From positions 276,431-340,430 of the forward strand of contig CBDBKC010000032.1 of NCBI GenBank assembly GCA_965206655.1: a DNA stretch of 64,000 nt. Direction: 5' to 3'. Every line of letters starts with the position of its first letter. Position 1 is the first letter of the stretch. Source of the stretch: Bryobacterales bacterium. Its GTDB lineage: Bacteria > Acidobacteriota > Terriglobia > Bryobacterales > UBA6623. Below the pieces are notes generated by a model. It had not been told where the DNA came from. It searched no databases and saw nothing but the letters and a program-made list of their open reading frames with translations. Below, one piece after another: positions 30,536-40,456 of this stretch. Made by a program: the position numbers and the translations under genes.

Positions 30536-31183
30536 ATGAAACCGAACGCACATCCCGCCAGGCGCATGACCCGCTCAACGTTCCTGCTCGCGCTCGCGTC
30601 GCCGGCCGCCTTGCTCGCCGCTCCCGGTCACGGCGACGGTCGCCTGACCACGGACGACACGGCGGAGATCGCTGACTTACTGTATCGCTCCCAGAGCGAC
30701 ACTTTGACCAAGCTTGCCGCCCTGAGCAACGAGCAGTGGAAGTTCAAGGCCGGTCCGGACCGCTGGTCGGCGGGCGAAGTCGCCGAGCATCTCTACTTGA
30801 CCGAGACAGGGCTCCACCTGCGAGTGGACGGCCTGATGAAAGCCAAACCCAACCCCGATTGGGCGAAGCTCTCGGAAGGCAAAGTCCAGGCACTCACGCA
30901 GGTTCTTCCTGACCGCACGAACCGTTTCCCGGCGCCGCCGGAAGCGACCCCCAAGGGCAAGATGAGCCGGCCTGAGATCGTCAAGGCATATTCGTCGGCA
31001 CGGTCGAGGATGATTGAGCGCGCCCGAGACGGCGCGAAGGCTTACCAGGCGCATATCGAAGATAGCGGCACGCCATTCGGGCCTCTCAGTGCCGCGCATT
31101 GGATCCGCTTCGCGGCGCTCCACAACCAACGCCACAACAAGCAGATTGACGAAGTCTTGGCGAACCCGAAGTTCCCCGAGTAG
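30536..31183 (+). CDS. DinB family protein with N-terminal signal
   Basis: WSAGEVAEHL...HNQRHNKQI. Confidence 0.8.
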   Translation: MKPNAHPARRMTRSTFLLALASPAALLAAPGHGDGRLTTDDTAEIADLLYRSQSDTLTKLAALSNEQWKFKAGPDRWSAGEVAEHLYLTETGLHLRVDGLMKAKPNPDWAKLSEGKVQALTQVLPDRTNRFPAPPEATPKGKMSRPEIVKAYSSARSRMIERARDGAKAYQAHIEDSGTPFGPLSAAHWIRFAALHNQRHNKQIDEVLANPKFPE

Positions 31184-31209
31184 CCGATCATAGGATGAAG
31201 TAGGCTCAG

Positions 31210-31737
31210 ATGCCCCATACATGTATACAGCCACTGTACGACCTCATCCGCCTCAACTCGATCCTCATACTCGAGGCGATTGACCAGTTTGACGAAGATA
31301 CTGCGAACGAACGTGTTCTTGGTGGAAGTAGGAATTCGTTTAAGTTTCTGCTCGGCCATATCATCTGGGTTCGCTGTATGATGTCAAACAGTCTTAACGA
31401 ACCTCAGACCTTCCCCTGGGCTGATAAATTTGGCGGTGGCCGGTCGCAATCGGACGGCTCTGACTACCCCAAACTGTCCGAGCTCGCTGCCGCCTACAAA
31501 GAGGTGGGCGATTTTCTGGAACGAAAAACGGAAAACCTTTCAGAGGAAGATCTCATGGCAAGCGCGGACAATGTTCCAGGCGAACAAGAGCAGACGGTTC
31601 GAGGTGCTGTTTCGTTTTGGGTATGGCAGGACTGCTATCACACCGGGCAAATAGGGTCCATCTTGACCACAGTGGGACTGACGGACCTCAAGACCCTCTA
31701 CTACAAAAGAAAAGATCGCCTGCAAGCGAACTCATGA
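31210..31737 (+). CDS. DinB family protein
   Basis: NSFKFLLGHI...QDCYHTGQI. Confidence 0.75.
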   Translation: MPHTCIQPLYDLIRLNSILILEAIDQFDEDTANERVLGGSRNSFKFLLGHIIWVRCMMSNSLNEPQTFPWADKFGGGRSQSDGSDYPKLSELAAAYKEVGDFLERKTENLSEEDLMASADNVPGEQEQTVRGAVSFWVWQDCYHTGQIGSILTTVGLTDLKTLYYKRKDRLQANS

Positions 31738-31779
31738 ACTCGGCGGAAGCCACAAACACAAAGTCAAGGAGAAACTGAA

Positions 31780-32163
31780 ATGCCAATCCAACCAAACCCC
31801 GTGAACTGGTTTGAGATCCCCGCGAGCGACCTTGCTCGCGCAAAGAAGTTCTACGAGTCCGTGTTCGGCGTGGAGCTTGCCGAGAACGAAATGGGCCCGA
31901 GCAAGATGGCCTGGTTCCCGATGGAAATGGGAGCGGCCGGAGCGGCCGGCACCCTCATTCAGGCGGAAGGCTACACGCCATCTCACGAGGGGTCGCTGGT
32001 GTACATCCACGTGCCGAAGATCGACGTTGCGCTCGAGAGAATCGGCGAGGCTGGTGGCAAGACACTTCTGCTGCGGATAAGCATCGGGCAGCACGGGTTT
32101 ATCGCTCATTTTGAAGATAGCGAAGGGAACCGCGTAGCCCTCCACGAAGCCCCGGCCGGATAG
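31780..32163 (+). CDS. VOC/glyoxalase family protein
   Basis: [18 protein letters not shown]...[12 protein letters not shown]. Confidence 0.9.
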   Translation: MPIQPNPVNWFEIPASDLARAKKFYESVFGVELAENEMGPSKMAWFPMEMGAAGAAGTLIQAEGYTPSHEGSLVYIHVPKIDVALERIGEAGGKTLLLRISIGQHGFIAHFEDSEGNRVALHEAPAG

Positions 32164-32212
32164 GGCCGTAGCAGCCCGTGCGATAGAGTCAGGAGAGAAA
32201 TCGGGGCAGCCC

Positions 32213-33088
32213 ATGGCACAGCTCGAACTCCGCCTCCACGAAAACGCTTCGGGTCCGCTCTACGTCGATAGCACTTGCATCGATTGCGACACTTGCCGCT
32301 CGGTCGCGCCGTCTATCTTCTCGCGTTCCGCCGGGGCGGGGAAGTCGTACGTAAGCGGGCAACCCGATTCTTCGGCCGAGGGGTCGAGGGCCGCTATGGC
32401 GCTGATCGCCTGCCCGACCAGTTCGATCGGCGGCGCTTCAGCGGAGGCCGTCCGAGAAGCCCGCGACCATCTCCCGGAACTCGTAGAAGACAGCGTCTAC
32501 TACTGTGGCTACGCATCCGAGAAATCATTCGGCGCTTCGAGTTATTTCGTCGTCAGTGAGCACGGGAATGTGCTTGTGGATTCACCCCGTGTCGCCGGCC
32601 CCTTGATCCGCAACCTCGAAAACCTGGGGGGCGTCGAGCGGATGCTACTGACCCACAGCGATGACGTCGCCGACCACGCCCGGTTTCGATCGCGCTTCCA
32701 CTGCGAGCGGGTGATCCACAGCCTGGAGGCGCGCGGCGATCTTCGCTCCGTCGAGCTGCAACTCGAAGGGGACGATCCGATCGAGCTCGGGGCCGACTGG
32801 CTCGCAATTCCTGTTCCCGGCCACACCCGGGGCAGCACCGCGTTCCTTTATCGCGAGAAGTTTCTTTTCACCGGCGATCATCTTTGGTGGTCGCCGACGA
32901 CAGGCGGGCTGAACGCCTCGCAAGCCTACTGCTGGTGGAACTGGGAGCGGCAAGTTGAATCTGTTCGGCGGCTACTCGACTACCAGTTCGAGTGGATACT
33001 GCCCGGGCATGGCCGCCGGTATCGAGCGGATTCGGCCGGAGCAATGCGTGGTGAAATCGAGCGCTTGCTAGCCCGGCTTGCCGATTAA
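32213..33088 (+). CDS. Ferredoxin-fused MBL-fold metallo-hydrolase
   Basis: CIDCDTC...CP; THSDDVADH, PGHT, TGDH, LPGHG. Confidence 0.9.
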   Translation: MAQLELRLHENASGPLYVDSTCIDCDTCRSVAPSIFSRSAGAGKSYVSGQPDSSAEGSRAAMALIACPTSSIGGASAEAVREARDHLPELVEDSVYYCGYASEKSFGASSYFVVSEHGNVLVDSPRVAGPLIRNLENLGGVERMLLTHSDDVADHARFRSRFHCERVIHSLEARGDLRSVELQLEGDDPIELGADWLAIPVPGHTRGSTAFLYREKFLFTGDHLWWSPTTGGLNASQAYCWWNWERQVESVRRLLDYQFEWILPGHGRRYRADSAGAMRGEIERLLARLAD

Positions 33089-33236
33089 TTCTGGCCGAAT
33101 GGCCCCGCCAGTCCCCCCAAGGGCTCGGCTCCACCCTCGCTTGGAATGGGATGCTGTAGCCCAGGTTTCAGGGCACTGATCGCGACGATGTGGCAGTCTT
33201 GCCACTTCTCCATTGTCAACCCGTCTACGGGGCTGC

Positions 33237-33959
33237 TCAAACCCGAACCCAGCGCGGCTCCTCTGAGTCGGCGGGATAAGCCATTAGTTTCTCGTGAGGC
33301 CGGTAGCGAGCCTTATAGCTCATCGAAGCATTCTCCGATACCCAGTATCCGGGATAGGCATGGCTGTGCCCTTCACTTTTCGCGTGTTCGAGCTGTGTCA
33401 GAATCGAGAAAACACCAGGGCTACGCGGTCGCCAGGCGGGATCGTGAAAGTGATAGACCAGCGAGATCGCGTCGCTCACCTGGTCCATCAATGTGACGCC
33501 GACCAGCTCGGAGCCATTATAGAAAAGCCATTCCCAGGCGAAATCTTCCCCTCCGATGACGAACGAATCGACGTAAGCCTCAAGCGTCGTGCTATCTGTT
33601 CCCCAGCCGCGGTGGTCCGCCATGAAGCGGTGGTAACGATTGAATAGATCGATGTGCCGATCGGTGACGCTGGGACGCCGCCGCTCGACACGGATATCTC
33701 CGTTTTCACGGAGGATGCGGCGTTGGTTGCGGCTCGCCGAAAACTCTTGGGCCAGAATGCGCAGGCTTATGCAGGATTGACAAGAGCGGCACGCCGGCCG
33801 GTAAAGTTGATGCCCAAAGCGGCGATAGCCGCGCGCCAGCATGTCGGCATACGTCGCGCTATCGAGACTCGTAACGATCCGGTATTCGAGTGACGCTCGT
33901 TCCCCTGGCAGGTAGGGGCACTTACGGGGCTCTTCGACGATGCGGAGCAGCTCCCTCAC
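33237..33959 (-). CDS. Arginyl-tRNA-protein transferase family (Ate/Bpt)
   Basis: CPYLP, GYRRFG...YRPAC..C..C, YPGYWV...MSYK. Confidence 0.88.
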   Translation of the reverse strand: MRELLRIVEEPRKCPYLPGERASLEYRIVTSLDSATYADMLARGYRRFGHQLYRPACRSCQSCISLRILAQEFSASRNQRRILRENGDIRVERRRPSVTDRHIDLFNRYHRFMADHRGWGTDSTTLEAYVDSFVIGGEDFAWEWLFYNGSELVGVTLMDQVSDAISLVYHFHDPAWRPRSPGVFSILTQLEHAKSEGHSHAYPGYWVSENASMSYKARYRPHEKLMAYPADSEEPRWVRV

Positions 33960-34104
33960 ACATGTATTCTACGGAACAGGTGGGCAAGTTTCCCGTCCGT
34001 GCTGCTGCGGGAGTGTGGATCTCGGTCGTAGCCTCTTTTGGAGGCTGCTTCTCGTATACTGGAACTCTGGCTTACGAATGATCGCGTCAGCCGTCTGATC
34101 CGAC

Positions 34105-35043
34105 ATGGGGCTTGATTCAGAACAAACCGCCGCGCATTTTTCCGAAAGCGTCCCGTCCGACGGGCCCGCGGCCTGGAAGAACCATGTCAGCGCCGCGGCC
34201 GCGATTATCATGGCGATTTTGTGGCTGGCCGCGGGCATCTACAAGCTCACGGCCATCAGCCAATGGCAGCTCATGCTGACGCAGCTTCTGGTGCCGGTTT
34301 CGCTCAGTTTAATCGGTACGATGGCGGTCATCATGGGCGATTTGACGGCGGGTGTTTTGCTGTTACGCCCCTCGTGGCGTCGGCTCGGCGGGATCTTCTC
34401 ATCCGTAATGCTCATCATCTTCATGGGCTACTTCGCGATCAACTACGAGACGTTGCGCGGCGCGGATTGCAGTTGCTTCCCCTGGATCGAACGGACTGTC
34501 GGTCCGGTGTTTTTCTGGGCTGACGGTGCGATGCTTCTTCTCTCGGTCGTCGCCGCGTGGTTCGCGCCGTCGCTGAAGAACGTACGCGGAGCGGCGCTGG
34601 CGGTTGTGGGTATCGCTGTGGTGGCTGCGGGGGCCCTGGCGGTCGACAAACTCGGCCCTCAGCCCGATGCCGATGTTCCCGCGGCGATCACGGCCGGCGA
34701 CGAGCAACTTTCTCTGCATCAAGGCAAGGTCTTTCTTTTCTTCTTTAATCCCATGTGTCCGCACTGCCTCGACGCGGGGGTCAACATGTCAAAGCACAAG
34801 TGGCAAGCGGCGTTCGTCGGCGTCTCGACGGAGGAAGAAGACCTCGCTTTGGGTTTCATCGGCGACAGCGGCCTCCAGGACGTCAAGCTGACGCCGGATC
34901 TGGAACTGCTCCGGGAGGCGTTCCCGTTCCAAGATCCGCCCTACGCCGTGGCGCTTGAGGACGGACAGGTGAAAGAACGCTTCCCGTTCTTCGAAGAACC
35001 CGACCTGGGAGAGAAATTGCGCGAACTCGGTTTTGTCAAGTAG
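34105..35043 (+). CDS. MauE/DoxX-like membrane protein fused to a thioredoxin-like domain
   Basis: Multiple TM segments, DCSCF, C-terminal FFNPMCPHC. Confidence 0.75.
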   Translation: MGLDSEQTAAHFSESVPSDGPAAWKNHVSAAAAIIMAILWLAAGIYKLTAISQWQLMLTQLLVPVSLSLIGTMAVIMGDLTAGVLLLRPSWRRLGGIFSSVMLIIFMGYFAINYETLRGADCSCFPWIERTVGPVFFWADGAMLLLSVVAAWFAPSLKNVRGAALAVVGIAVVAAGALAVDKLGPQPDADVPAAITAGDEQLSLHQGKVFLFFFNPMCPHCLDAGVNMSKHKWQAAFVGVSTEEEDLALGFIGDSGLQDVKLTPDLELLREAFPFQDPPYAVALEDGQVKERFPFFEEPDLGEKLRELGFVK

Positions 35044-35437
35044 ATCCTTCGACACCGGGCCACCATCTTCTAGCCGAGCCGCGACTGGCAAGGAGCGGTC
35101 CGACCCTTCTCATAGGCACGGGCGTTTATCGAGCCGGAAACTCCAATGCCTAGATCCTGTGACACCGGGCGACCATCTTCTAGCCGAGCCGCGACTGGCA
35201 AGGAGCGGTCCGACCCATCTCACAGGCACGGGCGTTTGTCGAGCCCGAAAATTCCAATGCCGAGATCCTTTGACACCGGGCAACCATCTTCTAGCCGAAC
35301 CGCGACTGGCAAGGAGCGGTCCGACCCATCTCACAGGCGCGGGCGTTTATCGAGCCCGAAAATTCCAATGCCGAGATCCTTTGACACCGGGCCACCATCC
35401 TCTAGCCGAACCGCGACTGGCAAGGAGAGGTCCGACC
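35041..35437 (+). repeat. Tandem repeat, about 3.6 x 110-111 bp
   Basis: Units start near 35041, 35151, 35262 and 35373; core AGCCGAGCCGCGACTGGCAAGGAGCGGTCCGACC. Confidence 0.95.
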
Positions 35438-35501
35438 TTCCAGCCGAATCCGACCCCGTCGCGCGCTTCGCACGTCTGGTGGCGAGAACAGTAGACTAGC
35501 A

Positions 35502-36095
35502 GTGCCGCTACCGGAAACCATCCCGATCAAGATCAGTTCCGAAGCAGCCGGCTACGTGAGCCTCACGCCGGTGAGCCGGCAGGATCTCCCCTGTGCCGAC
35601 TTGATCGAGCGCATCGTGGCGGTCACAGGCAAGAGGGCCGACCGTATTGCGGAGATCCTCCAGAGAGGCTCTTTCGTGAGCGGATCCGCGCGGTACCGCT
35701 GGGAGAGGATTGCCGCGGACGTGGAGGAAGTCGAGGCGCTGCTGGTAAGACTTCCCGACGAGCAACCCGAACGGCCCTTCGAGGCGGCGAAGTGTCACAC
35801 AGTCTTTCTGCGCGGTAGGCGGACCAGCGTTGAGATCCGCGCCGATTTCGCGAAGACGAAACGTCTCTTCAAGAAGGATAGTTTTTGGGAGCGGTTGCTG
35901 GCCGCCCTTGCCGGGTTTCTGATCGGCTACGAACGGTACTCTTACGCGGACAAAGCCGACGTGTATTCCGTCAAAATTCCGGTCGAGTTGGCCCGGAGGA
36001 TCGAGCAGGACGCCGCTCTGCTCAAGTATTCCGCGGTCATCCAACAGGTCAGGCTCGTTGATATGACCTCAGCGGAACTTTACGTGGAAAGATAG
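35502..36095 (+). CDS. Hypothetical protein
   Basis: 197-aa ORF with coding-like composition. Confidence 0.7.
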   Translation: MPLPETIPIKISSEAAGYVSLTPVSRQDLPCADLIERIVAVTGKRADRIAEILQRGSFVSGSARYRWERIAADVEEVEALLVRLPDEQPERPFEAAKCHTVFLRGRRTSVEIRADFAKTKRLFKKDSFWERLLAALAGFLIGYERYSYADKADVYSVKIPVELARRIEQDAALLKYSAVIQQVRLVDMTSAELYVER

Positions 36096-36152
36096 TGCCG
36101 GCTGGAGCTGCCACGCGCATCGGCGCGCGGTCGTGGATCGGCCGGTAAAACG

Positions 36153-37736
36153 CTAGTTCCGCGCGATCAAACGGCCGGATGACTTCAACAGGTCCTTGGC
36201 CTCGGGTAGCAGCTTGATGGCTTCCTGGACGTCGGGGTCCAGCGTGTGCTTCACGCGTTCCCCTTCGGCAAGATCGTAGGCCGATACATAGACTTCGCGC
36301 TTGAGCATCCGCGAGATGTAGTCAGTGTTCTCCGAAAAGTCCGCTTCCTTGAACTCGACCTTCTCAATGTAGAGGAACTGGCGGAACTCCTCTACAATCT
36401 GCTCGGTTGCTTCCCAGCCGGGCTCCAAGTCAGGGTGCTTAAGGGTGTAGTCCTGAGCAAACGTTTGCAGGGAGGAAGTTCGCCACAGCGTAACCTGGAA
36501 GTCGCTGAGCTTGCTCTGTGCGATCCGCACGTCTGGTGTGATGCCGCCGCCACCGTAAACGCGGCGTCCCTGGTCGGTGAGCCGTACGTCATCCGTATTC
36601 GGTTTATATTCCTCCTTGCAGGGGTCGGAATAATACTTCCACAGCGAAACATCGTCATAGCTGCGTTGGATGAGCCTGCCGCTGGGGGTGTAGTACCGCG
36701 CGGTCGTGAGCGCGAGTCCGGCTGTCCTGCCGATCGGGAACACGGTCTGAACGAGGCCTTTGCCGAACGTAGGCGTCCCTACGATCAAAGCCCGGTCGTG
36801 GTCCTGCAGGGCGCCCGCTACGATCTCTGAAGCCGAAGCCGAGTCGCAGTCCACCATAACGACCATCGGGAACATGTCGCCGCCATTGCCGCGTTTCGCT
36901 TCGTATTTGCGCTCCGGGGACGATCTGCCGTAGTGAGATACGATCGTCTTGCCGCGCTCAAGAAACGTGTCCGAGACGTAGACTCCCTCGCTCAGCAAAC
37001 CGCCGCGGTTCTTGCGTAAATCGAGGACTAAGCCTTTGATACCCGTTTTGTTGAACTCCTCGAGCGCCCGATCGAGCTCCTTGCCGGTTGTCTCGTTGAA
37101 ACGGTCGAGTTTGATGAATCCGATGTCGGGCTCAATAAAGAACGACGAAGAGATGCTGGGATAGACGATCGATCCGCGCGTTACCTCGAAGTTCAACATG
37201 GCGTCGACGCCCCGGCGCATGATACCGATCTTGACCTGGGTCCCGACCGGACCGCGCAGCCGCTTGGCAACGTCACCGACGCTCATATCCTCCATCGCTT
37301 CACCGTCGACTTCGGCGATAACATCTCCCGGCCGCAAGCCTGCCTGGTAGGCGGGAGTCTTCGGGAAGGGTGCGATCACGACGGTATTTCCGTTCCGCGG
37401 GCCGATCTGCATGCCCACGCCGGCATACTCGCCCTTCTGTTCATCGCGCAGTTGCTGGAAATGCTCCGGATCGAAGAATTGAGAGTGGGGGTCGAGAGTA
37501 TGGAGAAGATTTGGGACGACGCCGCTGTAGATCGCCTCTTCGGCGTCGACCTTGTCCGCGTAGTTCTGTTCGACCACAGCCAGAACATCGGTGAAGCGCC
37601 GGATCGAGTCGGCGACATCTCCTTCGGACGCCGCTGAGGCCACCACGATGCGCGAACCGAAAACACCCCCCAGCAGCGCGCACAACAACACGGTCGCGGG
37701 AACGGCCAATAGAAGCCTGCGCTTCTCAATTTGCAT
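36153..37736 (-). CDS. S41A C-terminal processing peptidase (CtpA/Prc-like), paralog 1
   Basis: LDPHS, PDZ, DLRKNRGG, SASASEIVAGALQD, TFGKG, TTARYYTPSGR. Confidence 0.93.
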   Translation of the reverse strand: MQIEKRRLLLAVPATVLLCALLGGVFGSRIVVASAASEGDVADSIRRFTDVLAVVEQNYADKVDAEEAIYSGVVPNLLHTLDPHSQFFDPEHFQQLRDEQKGEYAGVGMQIGPRNGNTVVIAPFPKTPAYQAGLRPGDVIAEVDGEAMEDMSVGDVAKRLRGPVGTQVKIGIMRRGVDAMLNFEVTRGSIVYPSISSSFFIEPDIGFIKLDRFNETTGKELDRALEEFNKTGIKGLVLDLRKNRGGLLSEGVYVSDTFLERGKTIVSHYGRSSPERKYEAKRGNGGDMFPMVVMVDCDSASASEIVAGALQDHDRALIVGTPTFGKGLVQTVFPIGRTAGLALTTARYYTPSGRLIQRSYDDVSLWKYYSDPCKEEYKPNTDDVRLTDQGRRVYGGGGITPDVRIAQSKLSDFQVTLWRTSSLQTFAQDYTLKHPDLEPGWEATEQIVEEFRQFLYIEKVEFKEADFSENTDYISRMLKREVYVSAYDLAEGERVKHTLDPDVQEAIKLLPEAKDLLKSSGRLIARN

Positions 37737-37962
37737 GCGGAATCTCCTCTTGGGACGGTGCCGCGAACGGCAAACCCAGTATATCAGGCGCCTGCCGCTC
37801 TCCCTTGGCTTGCACGGGCGATTCTGGGTTTCGAAGTCATCGCCCTCACGGGTCTCACTTCTAACTTCAGACGCGGGCGAATCCGCGGCGGGTACAGCTA
37901 GCTCGGTTTCGATCCTGGAGCGCCGAGCGAGACGTTCGACCGGCCTACTCGATCGGGCAAGG

Positions 37963-39546
37963 CTACCGCTGAGCCAGGGCCTCGGTCACTCGGTCAAGAA
38001 GCTTGCGTGCTTCGGGCAACAAGGCGACGGCTTCATGAACGGCCGGGTCGAGTTCCACATCGGCGCGCAAACCCTCGTCCACGTTGACACAGGCCGTGTA
38101 GACATGTCGCGTGAGCTTCCGAACGATGTACGGCCTTTCCTCGTTGAAATCGGTGGCATCGAATGGGATCAAGCTATCGGTGAGATGAGCGTTGAAGCGT
38201 CCAAGGACATCCTTACCGGGGCTCCATCCGTCCGGCAGAGAGTCGCGATCGAGACAGAATTGCTGGGCGAAGCCCTCGAACGCCCGCCGCTCAACCATCC
38301 GCTTTTGGAAGGCGCCAGGAGCCGCATCGTCGACGTGAACATCCGGTGCGATTCCTCCCCCGCTGAATACCCGCCGCCCGAGGTCGGTGACGTGGGGCTC
38401 GGCGCGCGGCGGACGATAAGACTCCGCGCAAGGATCGGTGTAGTACTTCCGCGGCGAGATGTTGTCGTAAGAACGTTGGATGAGCCGTCCGCTCGGTGTG
38501 TAGTAGCGGGCCGTTGTCAGCACGAGGCCGGTCGTGTCGGAGAGGTTGTACACGGCCTGGATCAGCCCCTTCCCGAAGGTGTTCGCGCCAACGATCAGCG
38601 CCCGGTCATGATCTTGCAGCGCGCCGGCCACAATCTCCGATGCCGATGCGGAACCGCAATTTACGAGCACCGAAACCGGATAGTTGCGTCCGCCCGCCCC
38701 CGAGCGCGAGTCATAGGTTCGCCGGTCCGAGGCACGACCCCAGTGGGAGACGATCGTCTGCCCGCGGTTCAGGAAACGGTCCGCAACATGAATTCCGGCG
38801 GAAAGCAATCCCCCTTGGTTGTGTCGCAAATCGAGAATCAGGCCGCGAATACCTTCTTCTTCGAGCTCGTCCAACTCACGGTCGAACTCATCGGGAGTGT
38901 TCTCGTTGAAGGTGGAAACGCGGATGTACCCGACGTCATCCCGCAGAGAAAAGGCCAACGGCACGCTCGATCGCGGAATGCTGGCACGCACCAATTGGAC
39001 CGAGATCAACTCCTCGACGGAAGTCCGCCGCAGATCAAGAACAACAGCCGTTCCCTCCGGGCCCCTGACGCGTCGCGCCACGTCTTCCACGGAGAGGCCC
39101 ACGGTGGGTTCGCCGCCGATTTGCACGATCGCGTCGCCCGGCCGAACTCCCGCGCGGAAAGCCGGACTGTCCGGGAAGGGATAGTCGACAATGACGTCGT
39201 CGCCCCACGGCCGGATGGACATGCCAACGCCGGCGTACCTGCCCCTTTGGTCTTCCCGCAGGTGCTCATAGGCCTCCGGGTCGTAGAACATCGAATGCGG
39301 ATCGAGCCGCTGCAGCATCGCGGGGATCGAGCCCTTGTAGATCGCGTCTTCCACATTCACGGGATCGGCGATGTTACGCTCGACGACTTCGAGCGTGCTC
39401 AGCAGTTGCTGAACATCTTGCTGGACAGCTTCTCTCTCGACAACCCGGGCCGCGCTCCCAAGGTGCGATCCCCAGCGGCCCGCCGCGAACGAACACACCC
39501 CGGCCACGGACACGACCACCAGCCCCGCTCGCAGGTTCGACGTCAT
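37963..39546 (-). CDS. S41A C-terminal processing peptidase, paralog 2
   Basis: Same motifs as paralog 1; also 527 aa. Confidence 0.93.
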   Translation of the reverse strand: MTSNLRAGLVVVSVAGVCSFAAGRWGSHLGSAARVVEREAVQQDVQQLLSTLEVVERNIADPVNVEDAIYKGSIPAMLQRLDPHSMFYDPEAYEHLREDQRGRYAGVGMSIRPWGDDVIVDYPFPDSPAFRAGVRPGDAIVQIGGEPTVGLSVEDVARRVRGPEGTAVVLDLRRTSVEELISVQLVRASIPRSSVPLAFSLRDDVGYIRVSTFNENTPDEFDRELDELEEEGIRGLILDLRHNQGGLLSAGIHVADRFLNRGQTIVSHWGRASDRRTYDSRSGAGGRNYPVSVLVNCGSASASEIVAGALQDHDRALIVGANTFGKGLIQAVYNLSDTTGLVLTTARYYTPSGRLIQRSYDNISPRKYYTDPCAESYRPPRAEPHVTDLGRRVFSGGGIAPDVHVDDAAPGAFQKRMVERRAFEGFAQQFCLDRDSLPDGWSPGKDVLGRFNAHLTDSLIPFDATDFNEERPYIVRKLTRHVYTACVNVDEGLRADVELDPAVHEAVALLPEARKLLDRVTEALAQR

Positions 39547-39790
39547 TGCTAGTGTTTACCGTTCGTTACACCGCTTTGGCTCTAAGTATACCTTTCGCTT
39601 CGCCCTGAACCGGGTGGTTCAATCACCCGATCCCGCGGGACGATTGATCTCAGCGATGCGTAGCCTCACAACTCGTGATAGCCGACTCGGCAGCTCCACG
39701 GCCCCCTCAGCGGCGGTACAATTCCCTCAGGTCCCCGACGGGCCGCACCGGCACTGCGCCTGCTTATCAATCGCCTATATGGGAGACGCC

Positions 39791-40381
39791 ATGAGAGTGT
39801 TGGGCATCGCTATTCTGTTCATATTCGTTACGTTCTCCGGGTTTGCTCAGAGCGACGACGATCAACTCGCCATCAACGGGAAAGTCCTCGACGCCGAGGA
39901 GATGAAGGTCATCGACAAGCTCGAACAGCAGTTTGGCGCCAAGGCCGTACCCGGGCGCTACTGGTATGACCCCCTTTCTGGTCTTTACGGCGCCGAGGGG
40001 TACGGGGCTTTCGGCCAGATCTACCCGGGCTTGGCATTGGGCGGAAAGCTGCGGCCGGATGCATCCAAGGGCGATACGGGCGTATGGGTGAACGGACGTC
40101 AACTCCACCGCACCGACGTCGCCTATTTGCAGCAATGTACGCCGGTCATACCCGGCCGCTACTGGCTGGACGCCCGTGCAAACGGCGGTGTGGAGGGGGG
40201 TCCAATGCAATGGAACCTGGCTCTGCTCTGTGCCGCGGCCCGACAGCGTGCCGGCGGGAGTTTTCGAGGCCGCTTCGGCAGCGTACTTGGCGACGGCACG
40301 ACAACCGGGGCGATCTTCCGAACTCCCAGCGGCGGAGTGGCCGGCGTAACCTGCGGGCCGGATGGCGGGTGTATCTACTAG
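39791..40381 (+). CDS. Secreted hypothetical protein with duplicated NG...PGRYW repeat (XLG/EDR4 N-terminal-like)
   Basis: GGAG RBS, signal peptide; INGKVL...VPGRYWYDPLSGLYG and VNGRQL...IPGRYWLD. Confidence 0.7.
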   Translation: MRVLGIAILFIFVTFSGFAQSDDDQLAINGKVLDAEEMKVIDKLEQQFGAKAVPGRYWYDPLSGLYGAEGYGAFGQIYPGLALGGKLRPDASKGDTGVWVNGRQLHRTDVAYLQQCTPVIPGRYWLDARANGGVEGGPMQWNLALLCAAARQRAGGSFRGRFGSVLGDGTTTGAIFRTPSGGVAGVTCGPDGGCIY

Positions 40382-40420
40382 TCCGCACCGCCTGAGAGTC
40401 ATTCGAAATCGTTGGATGAA

Positions 40421-40456
40421 CTAGGCTTCGGGTTCAGCGCGAAACTGACGCGTCAC
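40421..40456 (-). pseudogene. 11-codon remnant of a probable RelE/ParE toxin
   Basis: GTG overlaps the antitoxin TGA; MTRQFRAEPEA then stop. Confidence 0.4.

Noticed and set aside
35033-35499. Repetitive ORFs across the arrays (also 51443-52553)
   Set aside because: Unit lengths of 110 and 115 bp break the frame; these are translations of non-coding repeats.
37591-39552. 653-aa plus-strand ORF
   Set aside because: Antisense shadow of the S41 peptidase in GC-rich DNA; no motifs.
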